Under the pieces are notes generated by a model. It was not told the origin of the DNA, ran no database searches, and saw nothing but the letters and a program-made list of their open reading frames with translations. From positions 672,001 to 736,000 of the forward strand of contig OY970309.1 of NCBI GenBank assembly GCA_963716395.1: DNA of 64,000 nucleotides, given 5' to 3'. The position numbers and the translations under genes are program-made. This document shows, piece after piece, positions 9,417-18,856 of the stretch (its first letter is position 1; each line of letters starts with the position of its first letter). This DNA is from an uncultured Fibrobacteria bacterium. GTDB lineage: Bacteria > Fibrobacterota > Fibrobacteria > UBA11236.

Positions 9417-10217
9417 ATGCGCAAAACGGCGCTTTTGTGGCCGGCAGTCCTTTGCGGAGGACTGCTGGTCGGCTGTTCCGAAATCACTCTGCTGCGAACC
9501 CAGGAGTTGCGCGACGTGCGTGACTCCTTAGCCGTTCAAATCCACACTACTCAGAAACAGGTCGCCGACGTACAGAAGTCGGTGGATGACCTCAATTTGA
9601 AACAAGGCGGCAGCACGAGTAAAATGCGCGCCGACCTCACCAGCATGCTGAGCGATTTGCAGACCCAAATTCAGCAGTTGCATTCCGACATCGACGCCAC
9701 CCAATACCGCCTGAACCAGCTCAGCCAAAAACTCGACCGGTTGGATCAGCGCAAAATCGTGGTGTCCCCTGAAGGTTCGGGCGCGGCGGCCGATACGGCG
9801 CAGGCCGCGAATGGGGCCGCCCCAGCGGTGAAGCTGGTAAACGGGTTGGATTTGAACAATCTCTACAGCCAGGCCCGCGACGACTACGTGCGCGGCAAAT
9901 ACAGCCTGGCCTACGATGGATTCAAAACCGTTTACGAAAAAGACGATTCCACCGGCTCGTATCGCGAACTGGCCGAATTCTGGATGGCCGAATGCCTGTT
10001 TCAGGGCCAAAAAGTCGACCGCGCTTTGGAAATGTATCAGCGGGTGATCCAGGAATTTCCCCAGGGTACGAAGACCTGCGCGGCCCGTTTTAAAATCGGG
10101 CTGATTTTCGACAAGCAAAAAGACGTGGAGAAGCGCAACGGCGCATGGCAGGAACTCATTTCGGAATGCCCCCAAAGCAATGAAGCCGAAAGAGCCCGCG
10201 CCATCATGAATCCCTGA
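9417..10217 (+). CDS. cpoB: Cell division coordinator CpoB/YbgF (coiled coil plus TPR), lipoprotein-type
   Basis: Lipobox LVGC, coiled coil, C-terminal TPR-like helices; directly after pal. Confidence 0.8.
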   Translation: MRKTALLWPAVLCGGLLVGCSEITLLRTQELRDVRDSLAVQIHTTQKQVADVQKSVDDLNLKQGGSTSKMRADLTSMLSDLQTQIQQLHSDIDATQYRLNQLSQKLDRLDQRKIVVSPEGSGAAADTAQAANGAAPAVKLVNGLDLNNLYSQARDDYVRGKYSLAYDGFKTVYEKDDSTGSYRELAEFWMAECLFQGQKVDRALEMYQRVIQEFPQGTKTCAARFKIGLIFDKQKDVEKRNGAWQELISECPQSNEAERARAIMNP

Positions 10218-10292
10218 TCCGCCGTGCACCCGGGCACGCACAGCCGCGGGAATAATTATCATCTTCCAGGACTTTCCCTTCCCGGCTCCGCG

Positions 10293-11486
10293 ATGAACGC
10301 TTCCGATTCCGCCTCCCACGATCCCCTTGAACCGCAGCGCATCGTGGGTCGGGTCTTTGTGGCCACCCGGCTGGCGTTTTTCCTCGGCGCCCTGATTGGC
10401 CTGTTTCTGCATCGCAACCTATGGGCGACCCTGCTGCTTTCGGGATCGTTTTTCATGGGCGCCTGGGCGTCGTTCAAAATCCGGCATGACGACATCGAAC
10501 ACCCCTTCACCTTGTTCTGGTTCGAACTGGGCGACAAGCTCATCGTCAACGTCATCTTTCTGGTCCTGTTCCTGCGCCTGTTGTGGGCGCCGCTCGAACC
10601 TTTTCCCACCGTTCTGTGCATCGGCCTGGTCACTTTGACCCTGCGCAACATCTTTTACCTCATCTTCTCCATCAGCCTGCTCAAAGAAGGCCGCACCCTA
10701 CCCCTGCGCACGTTCTGGGGAAAGGCCACCAACCTCTCGCTCATCGTCACCATGGTGCTGTACATCTGGAATCCCGCGCACTTTTCGCGCATCGCCATGG
10801 TGGTGAGCCTGCTCTTCATCTTTTCCACCAGCATCGGCTACCTGTATTTCTATTACCGCGACGAGGCTTCGCGCAAACCCGTGTCGCTGGCCACCCAAAT
10901 CACCTTGAGCCGCATTCTGCTCTCGCCGGTTTTCATCTGGGTGTTTTTTTACGACAACAATCTCGTGTACCAGGACAACCACATCATCTTCAAGATTCTG
11001 GCGGCGCTGCTCGCCATTTTCTTTCTGGCCAGCGACGGACTCGACGGCTATTTGGCGCGTAAGCGGGGCGAAGTCAGTCAATTGGGCAAATACCTCGACC
11101 CTTATTCCGACAAGATCACCAACATGACCATTTTTCTGTGTTTTCTGGCGTCGGGTTACGCCGCGGTGTGGATGGTCGCCATCATCTTCTTCCGCGAGTC
11201 CACGGTGGAAACCCTGCGCACCTTGGGCGCGGCCGCGGGGGTGACCATCGACGCGCGCCGCAGCGGAAAGGTGAAAACCGTGATTCAAGGCATCGCCGTG
11301 ATCGCCATCTTAGTACTGGAAATCGTCGACACCTTGCTGATGCGCTACCATCCCGATCTCAAGGTTTGGCCCACGATTTGGGCCTACACGCCGTATACCT
11401 TGATGTCCATCGTCACCGTGGCGACCCTGCTCTCGGGCATCGACTATTTCATCGCCAACCGCAAGGTGCTGGAGCGTTATTTCTGA
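10293..11486 (+). CDS. pgsA: CDP-alcohol phosphatidyltransferase (PgsA-like) with two tandem domains
   Basis: The C-terminal half has the intact D-G-x-DGxxAR...GxxLDxxxD motif (SDGLDGYLARKRGEVSQLGKYLDPYSDK); the N-terminal half is a degenerate copy. Confidence 0.78.
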   Translation: MNASDSASHDPLEPQRIVGRVFVATRLAFFLGALIGLFLHRNLWATLLLSGSFFMGAWASFKIRHDDIEHPFTLFWFELGDKLIVNVIFLVLFLRLLWAPLEPFPTVLCIGLVTLTLRNIFYLIFSISLLKEGRTLPLRTFWGKATNLSLIVTMVLYIWNPAHFSRIAMVVSLLFIFSTSIGYLYFYYRDEASRKPVSLATQITLSRILLSPVFIWVFFYDNNLVYQDNHIIFKILAALLAIFFLASDGLDGYLARKRGEVSQLGKYLDPYSDKITNMTIFLCFLASGYAAVWMVAIIFFRESTVETLRTLGAAAGVTIDARRSGKVKTVIQGIAVIAILVLEIVDTLLMRYHPDLKVWPTIWAYTPYTLMSIVTVATLLSGIDYFIANRKVLERYF

Positions 11487-11618
11487 AGGGCATTGGCCAT
11501 GCCGGGCCCATTGTTTTAATATCATATTCCTGATTCCCATCCGGCCGCCGCGGCCATAACGGGTGTGGTCGCACAAGGCACGCCGCGCGCAGAGGGAAGA
11601 CGGGAACTTCGAGGGCTC

Positions 11619-13001
11619 ATGCATCCGGAAAAAGCAGCGCGTTTGCTCCAGGCCGGCCGCGATCACGGCGCCGACTTCGTGGAACTGTTCGAAGAAGAGA
11701 CCCGTCACGCGGCCGTATCTTACAAGGACCGCAAGGTTGAATCCGCGGCGGCCGGCACCGATTACGGCATCGGCATTCGGCTTTTGTTCGGATCGCAGGT
11801 CTTATACGCCCATACCAGCAAAGAGGATGAGGCGCATTGGCTGAGTCTCGTCGCGGCCCTGGCCGCAAGCCGCGGCGCCGTCGCAGGGCTTGCGCCGCAA
11901 ACGCCGGCTTGGCAAAAGCCGGCGGCCGATCGCCGCCACCGCGCGACCCGCGACCCGCGGGACGTCGGCCAGGCCCAAAAACTCGGATTGTTGCGCCGTG
12001 CCGATCAGGCGGCGCGCGCTCTGTCGGACAAAATCGTCCAGGTGCACACGCGCGCGGCCGACACGGTTTCCGAAGTTTTGATCTGCAACAGCGACGGCTT
12101 GTGGGTCACCGACACCCGCACGCGCTGCCGGTTTCACGTCAGCGTCACCGCCGAGGGCGGCGGCGAAATTTTCGTGGCCGGCGAATCGCCCGGCGGCCAG
12201 CAGGGATTCGAATTCTTCGAAGCGCTGGACGTCGAACGCTACGCCCGCGATGCCGCCGAACGCGCCGCGCGCATGCTGGGCGCGGGTTATGTCGCCGGCG
12301 GCAAGATGCCGGTGGTCATGGGCAGCGGCTTCGGCGGCGTGATCTTCCACGAAGCCTGCGGGCATTTGCTTGAAACCGAAGCGGTGCGCCGCAAGGCCTC
12401 GGTGTTCACGGGCCAAATCGGCCAACCCATCGCGCACCCCGAAGTCACGGCCGTCGACGACGGCACCCTGGCCCGGGCCTGGGGATCGGTGGCGGTCGAC
12501 GACGAAGGGCGGCCTGCCGAAAAAACCGTGCTGATCCAAAACGGCGTGCTGCAGACCTACCTGAGCGATCGCGTGGGCGCGGCCGAAACCGGCGTGCCGC
12601 TCACGGGCAGCGCGCGCCGCGAGAGCTATCAGTACGCGCCCGTGTCGCGCATGCGCAACACCTATATCGCGGCCGGCCCGCACAAACCCGCCGCGGTCAT
12701 CGCCAGCGTCGACGAGGGGCTGTACGCCAAGAAAATGGGCGGCGGCTCGGTGAACCCGGCCACGGGCGAATTCAACTTCGCGGTCGAAGAAGCCTACCGC
12801 ATCCGCCACGGCCAAATCGCCGAAGCCGTGCGCGGCGCCACCTTGATCGGCAAGGGTCCCGAAATCCTGCCGCTCATCTCCATGGTGGCCGACGACCTGG
12901 AACTGGCCGCGGGCATGTGCGGCGCCTCCAGCGGTAACATTCCGGTCACGGTGGGCCAGCCCACCCTGCGCGTCGACCGCATTCTGGTGGGCGGCCGGTG
13001 A
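11619..13001 (+). CDS. tldD: TldD metalloprotease subunit
   Basis: GVIFHEACGH zinc motif, DDEG, GSARRESY, SRMRNTYI, GMCG..VGQPT. Confidence 0.92.
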   Translation: MHPEKAARLLQAGRDHGADFVELFEEETRHAAVSYKDRKVESAAAGTDYGIGIRLLFGSQVLYAHTSKEDEAHWLSLVAALAASRGAVAGLAPQTPAWQKPAADRRHRATRDPRDVGQAQKLGLLRRADQAARALSDKIVQVHTRAADTVSEVLICNSDGLWVTDTRTRCRFHVSVTAEGGGEIFVAGESPGGQQGFEFFEALDVERYARDAAERAARMLGAGYVAGGKMPVVMGSGFGGVIFHEACGHLLETEAVRRKASVFTGQIGQPIAHPEVTAVDDGTLARAWGSVAVDDEGRPAEKTVLIQNGVLQTYLSDRVGAAETGVPLTGSARRESYQYAPVSRMRNTYIAAGPHKPAAVIASVDEGLYAKKMGGGSVNPATGEFNFAVEEAYRIRHGQIAEAVRGATLIGKGPEILPLISMVADDLELAAGMCGASSGNIPVTVGQPTLRVDRILVGGR

Positions 13002-14347
13002 ACGCCGACCAAGCCCTGACTCCGGCCGAAGCGCTGGAATTCGCCTGTTCCGAAGCCGCCCGCCGGGGCGTGGATCAATACGATGCCGTAGCCGGCGAAT
13101 CCGAAAGCCTGGGCGTCGAGATCTTCGAGGGCAAGGTGAAGACCACCGAAATCTCAGGATCGCGCGGTATCGGCGTGCGCCTGTTCCGCGGCGGCCGGCC
13201 CGGATTCGCCTTCACCGAACGCCTCACGCCCGCAGCCCTGACGCGCACCGTCGACGACGCCCTGGGCCATACCGAACTCACCGACCCGATCGAATTGGAG
13301 TTGCCCGAACCGGCCGCGCTGCCCGATCTCGATCTGGAGCTCTATCGTCCCGATCTGGAAAAAGTGTCGCTCGACGACATGAAGGCCCTGGGCCTGCGCC
13401 TCGAAGTCCTGGCGCGGCAGCAGGACGCGCGCGTGGAGAACGTGCCCTATCTCGGCGTGTCGCGCAGCAGCGGTTCGTCGCTGGTGGGCAATTCCAAGGG
13501 CGTGTTCTACCAAAGCCGCTCCAACGCCGCGTCGGCGGGCCTGGGCGCCGTGGCCCGCCAGGGCGAGGAACGCAAGATGGGCGTGTACAGCCGGGGCGGG
13601 CGCGATTTCACCTTCGACCCCGAGACCATGGCGCAGGTGGCGGTGGAACGGGCCGTGGAATTGCTGGGCGCATCGCCCCTGCCGTCGGGCGATTATCCCG
13701 TGGTGTTCTCGAACCGGGTCAGCCCGCAACTCTTCGCCATGTTCGCTTCGCCGTTCTACGCCGAAGCCGTGCAAAAAGGCCAGTCGCGCCTCCAGGGCAA
13801 GCTGGGCCAAACCATCGCCTCTCCGGCTTTCGATCTGGTCAGCGATCCCCTGGTGCCGGGCGCGCCGGGTTCGCATTTGTTCGACGGCGAAGGCGTGGCC
13901 GCGCAGCGGCTCGACGTGGTGCGCGGCGGCGTGCTGCAGACCTATCTGTACAACCTCGAAGCGGCCAAGAAAGATGGGCGTGCGCCCACGGGCACGGGCA
14001 CGCGCGGCTATTCGGGCAAAGCCGGAACCGGATTCTCCAATTACCGCGTGCGGCCGGGGACCCGGCCGCTGGAGGCGCTCCTGGCCGAGGCGCCGGGCTG
14101 CTTTTACGTGGTCAAGCTCGAAGGCGGATCGGGCTGCTCGGCCGTGTCCGGCGAAATCTCCATCGGCGCCCAGGGGTTCCTGTACGAAAACGCGCGGCGC
14201 GTGCATCCCGTGGATCGCGTGACATTGAGCACGAATTTCTTCGACCTCCTGCTCCGCATCCGGGAATTTTCCGACCGTTATTCCGACGCTTTTTCCTCGG
14301 TCAAGGTGCCCGACGTGCTAGTGGAAAACCTGCACGTGGCCGGGTAA
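12998..14347 (+). CDS. pmbA: TldE/PmbA non-catalytic partner
   Basis: FDGEG motif, SGEISIG, no HExxxH; GTGA overlap with tldD. Confidence 0.88.
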   Translation: MNADQALTPAEALEFACSEAARRGVDQYDAVAGESESLGVEIFEGKVKTTEISGSRGIGVRLFRGGRPGFAFTERLTPAALTRTVDDALGHTELTDPIELELPEPAALPDLDLELYRPDLEKVSLDDMKALGLRLEVLARQQDARVENVPYLGVSRSSGSSLVGNSKGVFYQSRSNAASAGLGAVARQGEERKMGVYSRGGRDFTFDPETMAQVAVERAVELLGASPLPSGDYPVVFSNRVSPQLFAMFASPFYAEAVQKGQSRLQGKLGQTIASPAFDLVSDPLVPGAPGSHLFDGEGVAAQRLDVVRGGVLQTYLYNLEAAKKDGRAPTGTGTRGYSGKAGTGFSNYRVRPGTRPLEALLAEAPGCFYVVKLEGGSGCSAVSGEISIGAQGFLYENARRVHPVDRVTLSTNFFDLLLRIREFSDRYSDAFSSVKVPDVLVENLHVAG

Positions 14348-14360
14348 CACGCGCAATACC

Positions 14361-15332
14361 ATGCCGGCTTCGGCGGAATCGCTTCCGGCGCTTGCGGTCG
14401 CCGATCTGCATGCCGGCTACCCCGGCCGCGCCGCCGCACCCGAGGCTCTGCGCGGCGTATCGCTCGCGATTCGGCCCGGCCGCATCTACGCGCTCCTGGG
14501 TCCGAACGGGGCGGGCAAAACCACCTTGCTGCGCTGCCTCACGGGCCTGTTGCACCCCGCCTCGGGGTCGATCCGCCTGCTCGGCACCGAAGTGCGGAGC
14601 GGCATGCCGCCGGCGCTGCTGGGACGTCTGGGGGTGCTGCTGGAGAGCCCCGGCGCCTATGATCGCCTGAATGCGCGCGAATACCTGCGGTTCTTCGCCG
14701 GCTTCTACGCCATCCCGCATCCCGAACAGCGTCTTGAGGCCCTGGCCGCGGCCCTGGAATTGGAATCGCTCTCGCTGCGGCTCGGCAAGCTTTCGCAGGG
14801 CAACCGGCGCAAGGTGCAGTTGATGCGTTCACTGTTGCACAGCCCGCCCCTGGCGCTGTGGGACGAACCCACCGAATACCTCGACCCGCGCGCGCAGCGG
14901 CTGGCCCTGGATCTCCTGCGGGCCCACGTTTCCCAGGGCGCGACGGCCTTGGTCACCTCGCATCGCCTGGAGCAAATGCAGGAATGGGCCGACACCTACG
15001 GATTTCTGCGCGGCGGCCGCCTGCTGCACACCGAAGATCGCACCCAGCTCGATGCCGCCGTCGATGCCGCCGAACTCGAAGTGGCCGACGCCTTCGATGC
15101 CGACGCCGCGTCCGCTGAAATCGCGGCGCATTTCCGCTCGGTGTGCGCGGTATCGCCTGCTGTAGCCGGCCTACGCTGGATCGCGACGCTGCGCGGTCCC
15201 GATGCCGCCGAAGCCTTGCCGCATCTGGTCGCTTTCGCGGTGCGCGGCGGCGGCCGGGTATTGCGCGCCGAACCCAAACGCCGTACGCTGGAATCGCTGT
15301 ACCGGCATACGGTAGAGGAGGGCGCACCGTGA
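14361..15332 (+). CDS. ABC transporter ATP-binding protein (ABC-2 exporter type)
   Basis: GPNGAGKTT, LSQGNRRK signature, LWDEP, TSH. Confidence 0.9.
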   Translation: MPASAESLPALAVADLHAGYPGRAAAPEALRGVSLAIRPGRIYALLGPNGAGKTTLLRCLTGLLHPASGSIRLLGTEVRSGMPPALLGRLGVLLESPGAYDRLNAREYLRFFAGFYAIPHPEQRLEALAAALELESLSLRLGKLSQGNRRKVQLMRSLLHSPPLALWDEPTEYLDPRAQRLALDLLRAHVSQGATALVTSHRLEQMQEWADTYGFLRGGRLLHTEDRTQLDAAVDAAELEVADAFDADAASAEIAAHFRSVCAVSPAVAGLRWIATLRGPDAAEALPHLVAFAVRGGGRVLRAEPKRRTLESLYRHTVEEGAP

Positions 15333-16003
15333 ACAACGCCCTACGCATCGCACGCCATGAATGGTCCCTGGTACTGCGCGATCCCCGCTTTCTCATTCCC
15401 TTCGGAGTGGCGCCGCTTTTTCTCATCGCCCTGAACGTGGCTTCATGGTTCTGGCTCAACGTCGACCCCTTCCAGCGCTGGGTGCTGACGCGCTCGTTTC
15501 TGGCCGTGATTTCCCTGATCGGCGCTTCCATGGCCGTGCCGCTCGGCGCCGACACTTTTGCCGGTGAAAAAGAACGCCGCAGTTGGGAAACCCTGCAATG
15601 CCTGCCGTTGCCGCGTGCGCACCTGTTTGCAGGCAAGGTGCTGGGCGTCTTGCCCTTTCCCCTCGCCGTCGGCTGGGTGAGCCAGGGCATCGTGCTGATC
15701 CTGTCCTCCGCCTTGGGATCGCCGCCACCCGGGCCCTTGACGTGGTGCGCGCCGCTGCTGTTGACGCCTTTTTTGTCGGTGTTTTTCTGCGCCCTGTCGG
15801 TGTTGATCTCCCTGCGCAGCGAATCGGTGCGCAGCGCCGCGCAGGTTACGGGCGTCTTTCTGCTGCTGTTGTTTCCGGCCGTGGCCGTGGCGGCGCCGCC
15901 GCTGTTCGACCATCCCGGAGCGTTGGCCTTGGCCCTGGCGGCTTTGGCCGTCGGCGCCACCTTGTGCCTGGCCGCGGCGGCCAAACGCATGCAAAACCCC
16001 TGA
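15329..16003 (+). CDS. ABC-2 type permease
   Basis: IARHEW start, AGEKERRSWETL...P..R..LFAGK motif, multiple TM helices; GTGA overlap. Confidence 0.85.
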   Translation: MNNALRIARHEWSLVLRDPRFLIPFGVAPLFLIALNVASWFWLNVDPFQRWVLTRSFLAVISLIGASMAVPLGADTFAGEKERRSWETLQCLPLPRAHLFAGKVLGVLPFPLAVGWVSQGIVLILSSALGSPPPGPLTWCAPLLLTPFLSVFFCALSVLISLRSESVRSAAQVTGVFLLLLFPAVAVAAPPLFDHPGALALALAALAVGATLCLAAAAKRMQNP

Positions 16004-16045
16004 TCCGGCCGGGTATTGGCCGCGCGCCTTGGTATCTTTCGCGTG

Positions 16046-16534
16046 ATGAAAATCCGTTGGTGTGAGATCCTGGTCGCGACGGCGTGCGTCTGGGCGTTCG
16101 GACAATCTTCGCCGACCCGGGAAACGGTGGCCCAGGCCCGCCAAAAAATGGACTCCCTGAAAATGGCGTATGCGCATTCCGCCTTTTCACCGGACGAGCA
16201 GAAAGACTGGCGCGACTGCCTGCGCGCCAAACGGGAGTTTCTGGCCAGGAGCCGCAAATCCAATCCCGACTTTGCGCGGGTGGATTCGCTCTTACGCGAC
16301 GCCGAGCTAGGATCGGCGGGGCCCGACGATCCGCAGGTGGAAAAGCTGATGGAGCGGAAATACGGTCTGGAGCAGCAACTCGAAGACGCGTGGCGCGCGC
16401 AGACCGACGGTAAGCGCTGCCTCGATGTGGAGGATCGCCGCGGCCGCAAGCTGCAGGCGGCGTTGGAGGCGAACGCCGATTACCGCCGCTGGCAACAGGT
16501 GACGGAGTCGCAGCGCGGATCGACGCCGGAGTGA
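16046..16534 (+). CDS. Hypothetical exported helical protein
   Basis: Signal-peptide-like N-terminus, coding-like codon usage, two Cys in the mature part. Confidence 0.55.
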   Translation: MKIRWCEILVATACVWAFGQSSPTRETVAQARQKMDSLKMAYAHSAFSPDEQKDWRDCLRAKREFLARSRKSNPDFARVDSLLRDAELGSAGPDDPQVEKLMERKYGLEQQLEDAWRAQTDGKRCLDVEDRRGRKLQAALEANADYRRWQQVTESQRGSTPE

Positions 16535-16555
16535 AGCGTGTTGATGAAATGGACG

Positions 16556-16996
16556 GGGAAAGCGGGACGGATGGCCGCCGGGGGCGCAAGCCGCCGGAGG
16601 AAAGTCCGGGCACCGCAGGACAGGATGCTGGCTAACGGCCAGGCCCGGCAACGGGACGGAAAGTGCCACAGAAAACAAACCGCCCTTCGAGGCTCCGGGC
16701 TTGCCCGAAGCGCCCCGCCTCCGGCGGGACATCGAAGGGTAAGGGTGAAACGGCGAGGTAAGAGCTCACCGCACCCGCCGCGAGGCGGGTGGCAGGGCAA
16801 ACCCCATCCGGTGCAAGACCAAATAGGGCAGCTGCAAGGGCGGTCCGCCCGGTTCCCGGCGCTGCGCGCCGCGGAACAGGCTGCCGGGTAGGTCGCTTGA
16901 GGTCCGCCGCAAGACGGATCCCAGAGGGATGGCCATCCCTTCCGCCGCCGCAAGGGGGTGGAAGAGACAGAACCCGGCTTACAGGCCCGCTTTCCC
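16556..16996 (+). ncRNA. rnpB: RNase P RNA (bacterial type A)
   Basis: GAGGAAAGTCCGGGC, GGAAAGTGCCACAGAAA, GGGTGAAACGG..GGTAAGAGC, GGCAAACCCC, ACAGAACCCGGCTTA; terminal P1 pairing GGGAAAGCGGG/CCCGCTTTCCC. Confidence 0.97.
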
Positions 16997-17021
16997 TTCC
17001 GGCCTCGGACCAGTAACTCGC

Positions 17022-18776
17022 ATGATTCGTGTTGTTTTTGTTACCCTGGCGTGTCTCATGTTGGCGCTCGGCAAACCGGCCGCCTACGGCGGCGATCTGC
17101 GTTTCTTCACCCCGACGCCGGGATATGTGCGCGTGCGGGATTTGCCCCCGGGCTTCCGGGGACGGGTGGTCCGCATCGACTTCGACATCAAAGACGCTTT
17201 CGAAGGCGCCGCCGTGCACAGCGAGGCCGAACGGTCGCTGTACGCATGGGGCGACAAGCTGCACATCAAAACCCGCCCGTCCACCTTGCGACGCCGGCTG
17301 CTGTTCCGCGTGGGCGACACCGTCACCGACGACCTGCTGCGCGAAACCCAGAAGCGCCTGCGCGACGAACAGTTCCTCGCTGACGCGATTATCGAGGTCA
17401 AGCCGCTGGCTGATTCCGGCCTGGCGGTGAAGGTGACGACCTACGATCAATGGACCACGGTGCCGGCGTTCTCGGTAAGCCGCGACGGCGGGAAATGGAT
17501 TTGGTGGGTCGGCCCGGTGGAAAGCAATTTGCTCGGCACGGGGCAACAGGTGGGCTTCTATATCGGCCACGATTTGGAGCGCGACAGCCGCTTGTTCGAA
17601 TTCAACAATACCGCCTTCACGCCCTTGCGGCTCCAGCTCTCCACCCAATACTCCTGGCTTTCCGACGGCTATTCGTATGCGGTGTCGGTGGCGAAGCCGC
17701 TGCTGGCGCGCACCGACCAATGGGCCTTTTCGCTTTCGACCGACGGCATTGAATCGGCGCAAAACCTCTATCTCAGCGGCAATGATTTGGATCGGCTGCA
17801 AGACCAGGGCCGACTGCCCGATTCGGAGCAATCCCGTCTGGGCGTCACCAATTTGCTGGGGCAATGGACGCGGGTCGACACGCATCACGCCTACGCCGGC
17901 GTCACCCGCTCGTTCGGCTACGATTTGAAATCCTCCATCACGCCTTTTTACCAACGCGAGGATCGCTACCTGCACGGCGGCATTTTCGACATCGCCGACA
18001 CCGTGATCTGGCACGCTCTGGGCCGTCCCTTCGCAGCGCCGGGCTTCGATGCGCGCCATGACGAATTGCTGGGGGTCAGCCTCAGCCTGTATGAATACGC
18101 CTACAAAACCGTCTACAACTTCGAGAATTTGAAATGGGGCGAAAATCTCGAAACCGGCTGGCGTCTGTCGTCGTCGGTGGCCAAGAATCAAACCGCACTG
18201 GGCGCCACCAATCCCGATTGGCAATTCACCCATACGGCGGTGTATAACGACACCTGGCTCAACGCTCTCTTTCTCAACAGCAATGCCAGCGTGAGCTATT
18301 TCCTGTCTCCGCAGGGCGATGTGGACAACGGCTCCACCGCCTCCTACGCCGAGTTCCAATGGAAACCCGTCGCGCTCACGGCTTCGGTGGCCACCGCGCA
18401 ATTCAACGATCTCTTTGCGACCACGGCCAGCCAGCAGCTTTATCTCGGCGAAGAGGCCGGCTTGAACGGCTTTCCCAACTTCTACTACGCGGGCAAAGCC
18501 ACGGTGCTGTTCACCGCCGAGCAACGCCTGTTTCCGCCCTTTGAACTCGGCACCGTCGTGCCCGCCTTTTCCGTATTCTGCAACGCGGGTAACGCCTATG
18601 CTTCCAACGACGAGGTGGATCTGGGAAATCTGCACTATGCGCTCGGCCTCAGCCTGCTGCTGGGCGCCACCCGCTCGGTGCAAAAAGTGGTGAACCACAT
18701 CAATGTGACCTTTCCGCTCGGCGAGAAAAACCTCAGCACCTTGACCTGGGGAATACGCGCCTCAAAAAGCTTGTAA
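17022..18776 (+). CDS. Omp85/BamA-TamA-like outer membrane protein (short POTRA region plus barrel)
   Basis: Signal peptide; POTRA-like HIKTRPSTLRRRLLFRVGD..LLRETQKRLR; ESNLLGTGQ; GLNGF/EQRLF barrel motifs. Confidence 0.72.
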   Translation: MIRVVFVTLACLMLALGKPAAYGGDLRFFTPTPGYVRVRDLPPGFRGRVVRIDFDIKDAFEGAAVHSEAERSLYAWGDKLHIKTRPSTLRRRLLFRVGDTVTDDLLRETQKRLRDEQFLADAIIEVKPLADSGLAVKVTTYDQWTTVPAFSVSRDGGKWIWWVGPVESNLLGTGQQVGFYIGHDLERDSRLFEFNNTAFTPLRLQLSTQYSWLSDGYSYAVSVAKPLLARTDQWAFSLSTDGIESAQNLYLSGNDLDRLQDQGRLPDSEQSRLGVTNLLGQWTRVDTHHAYAGVTRSFGYDLKSSITPFYQREDRYLHGGIFDIADTVIWHALGRPFAAPGFDARHDELLGVSLSLYEYAYKTVYNFENLKWGENLETGWRLSSSVAKNQTALGATNPDWQFTHTAVYNDTWLNALFLNSNASVSYFLSPQGDVDNGSTASYAEFQWKPVALTASVATAQFNDLFATTASQQLYLGEEAGLNGFPNFYYAGKATVLFTAEQRLFPPFELGTVVPAFSVFCNAGNAYASNDEVDLGNLHYALGLSLLLGATRSVQKVVNHINVTFPLGEKNLSTLTWGIRASKSL

Positions 18777-18856
18777 AGCCGGCCCTCGGTTCCGTGTAAA
18801 TTACGCGGCGGAAGGAGTTCGCGGCCGTTCTGGTTCCCCGGGACGAATGATTTCTC

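Noticed and set aside
16480-16953. ORFs 16538..16891 (+) and 16480..16953 (-)
   Set aside because: They overlap RNase P RNA and are spurious translations
16632-18698. Long antisense ORFs here and at 45276..47288, 7354..8901 and 54108..55445
   Set aside because: They are shadow frames of real genes, expected with high GC3, and have no protein motifs
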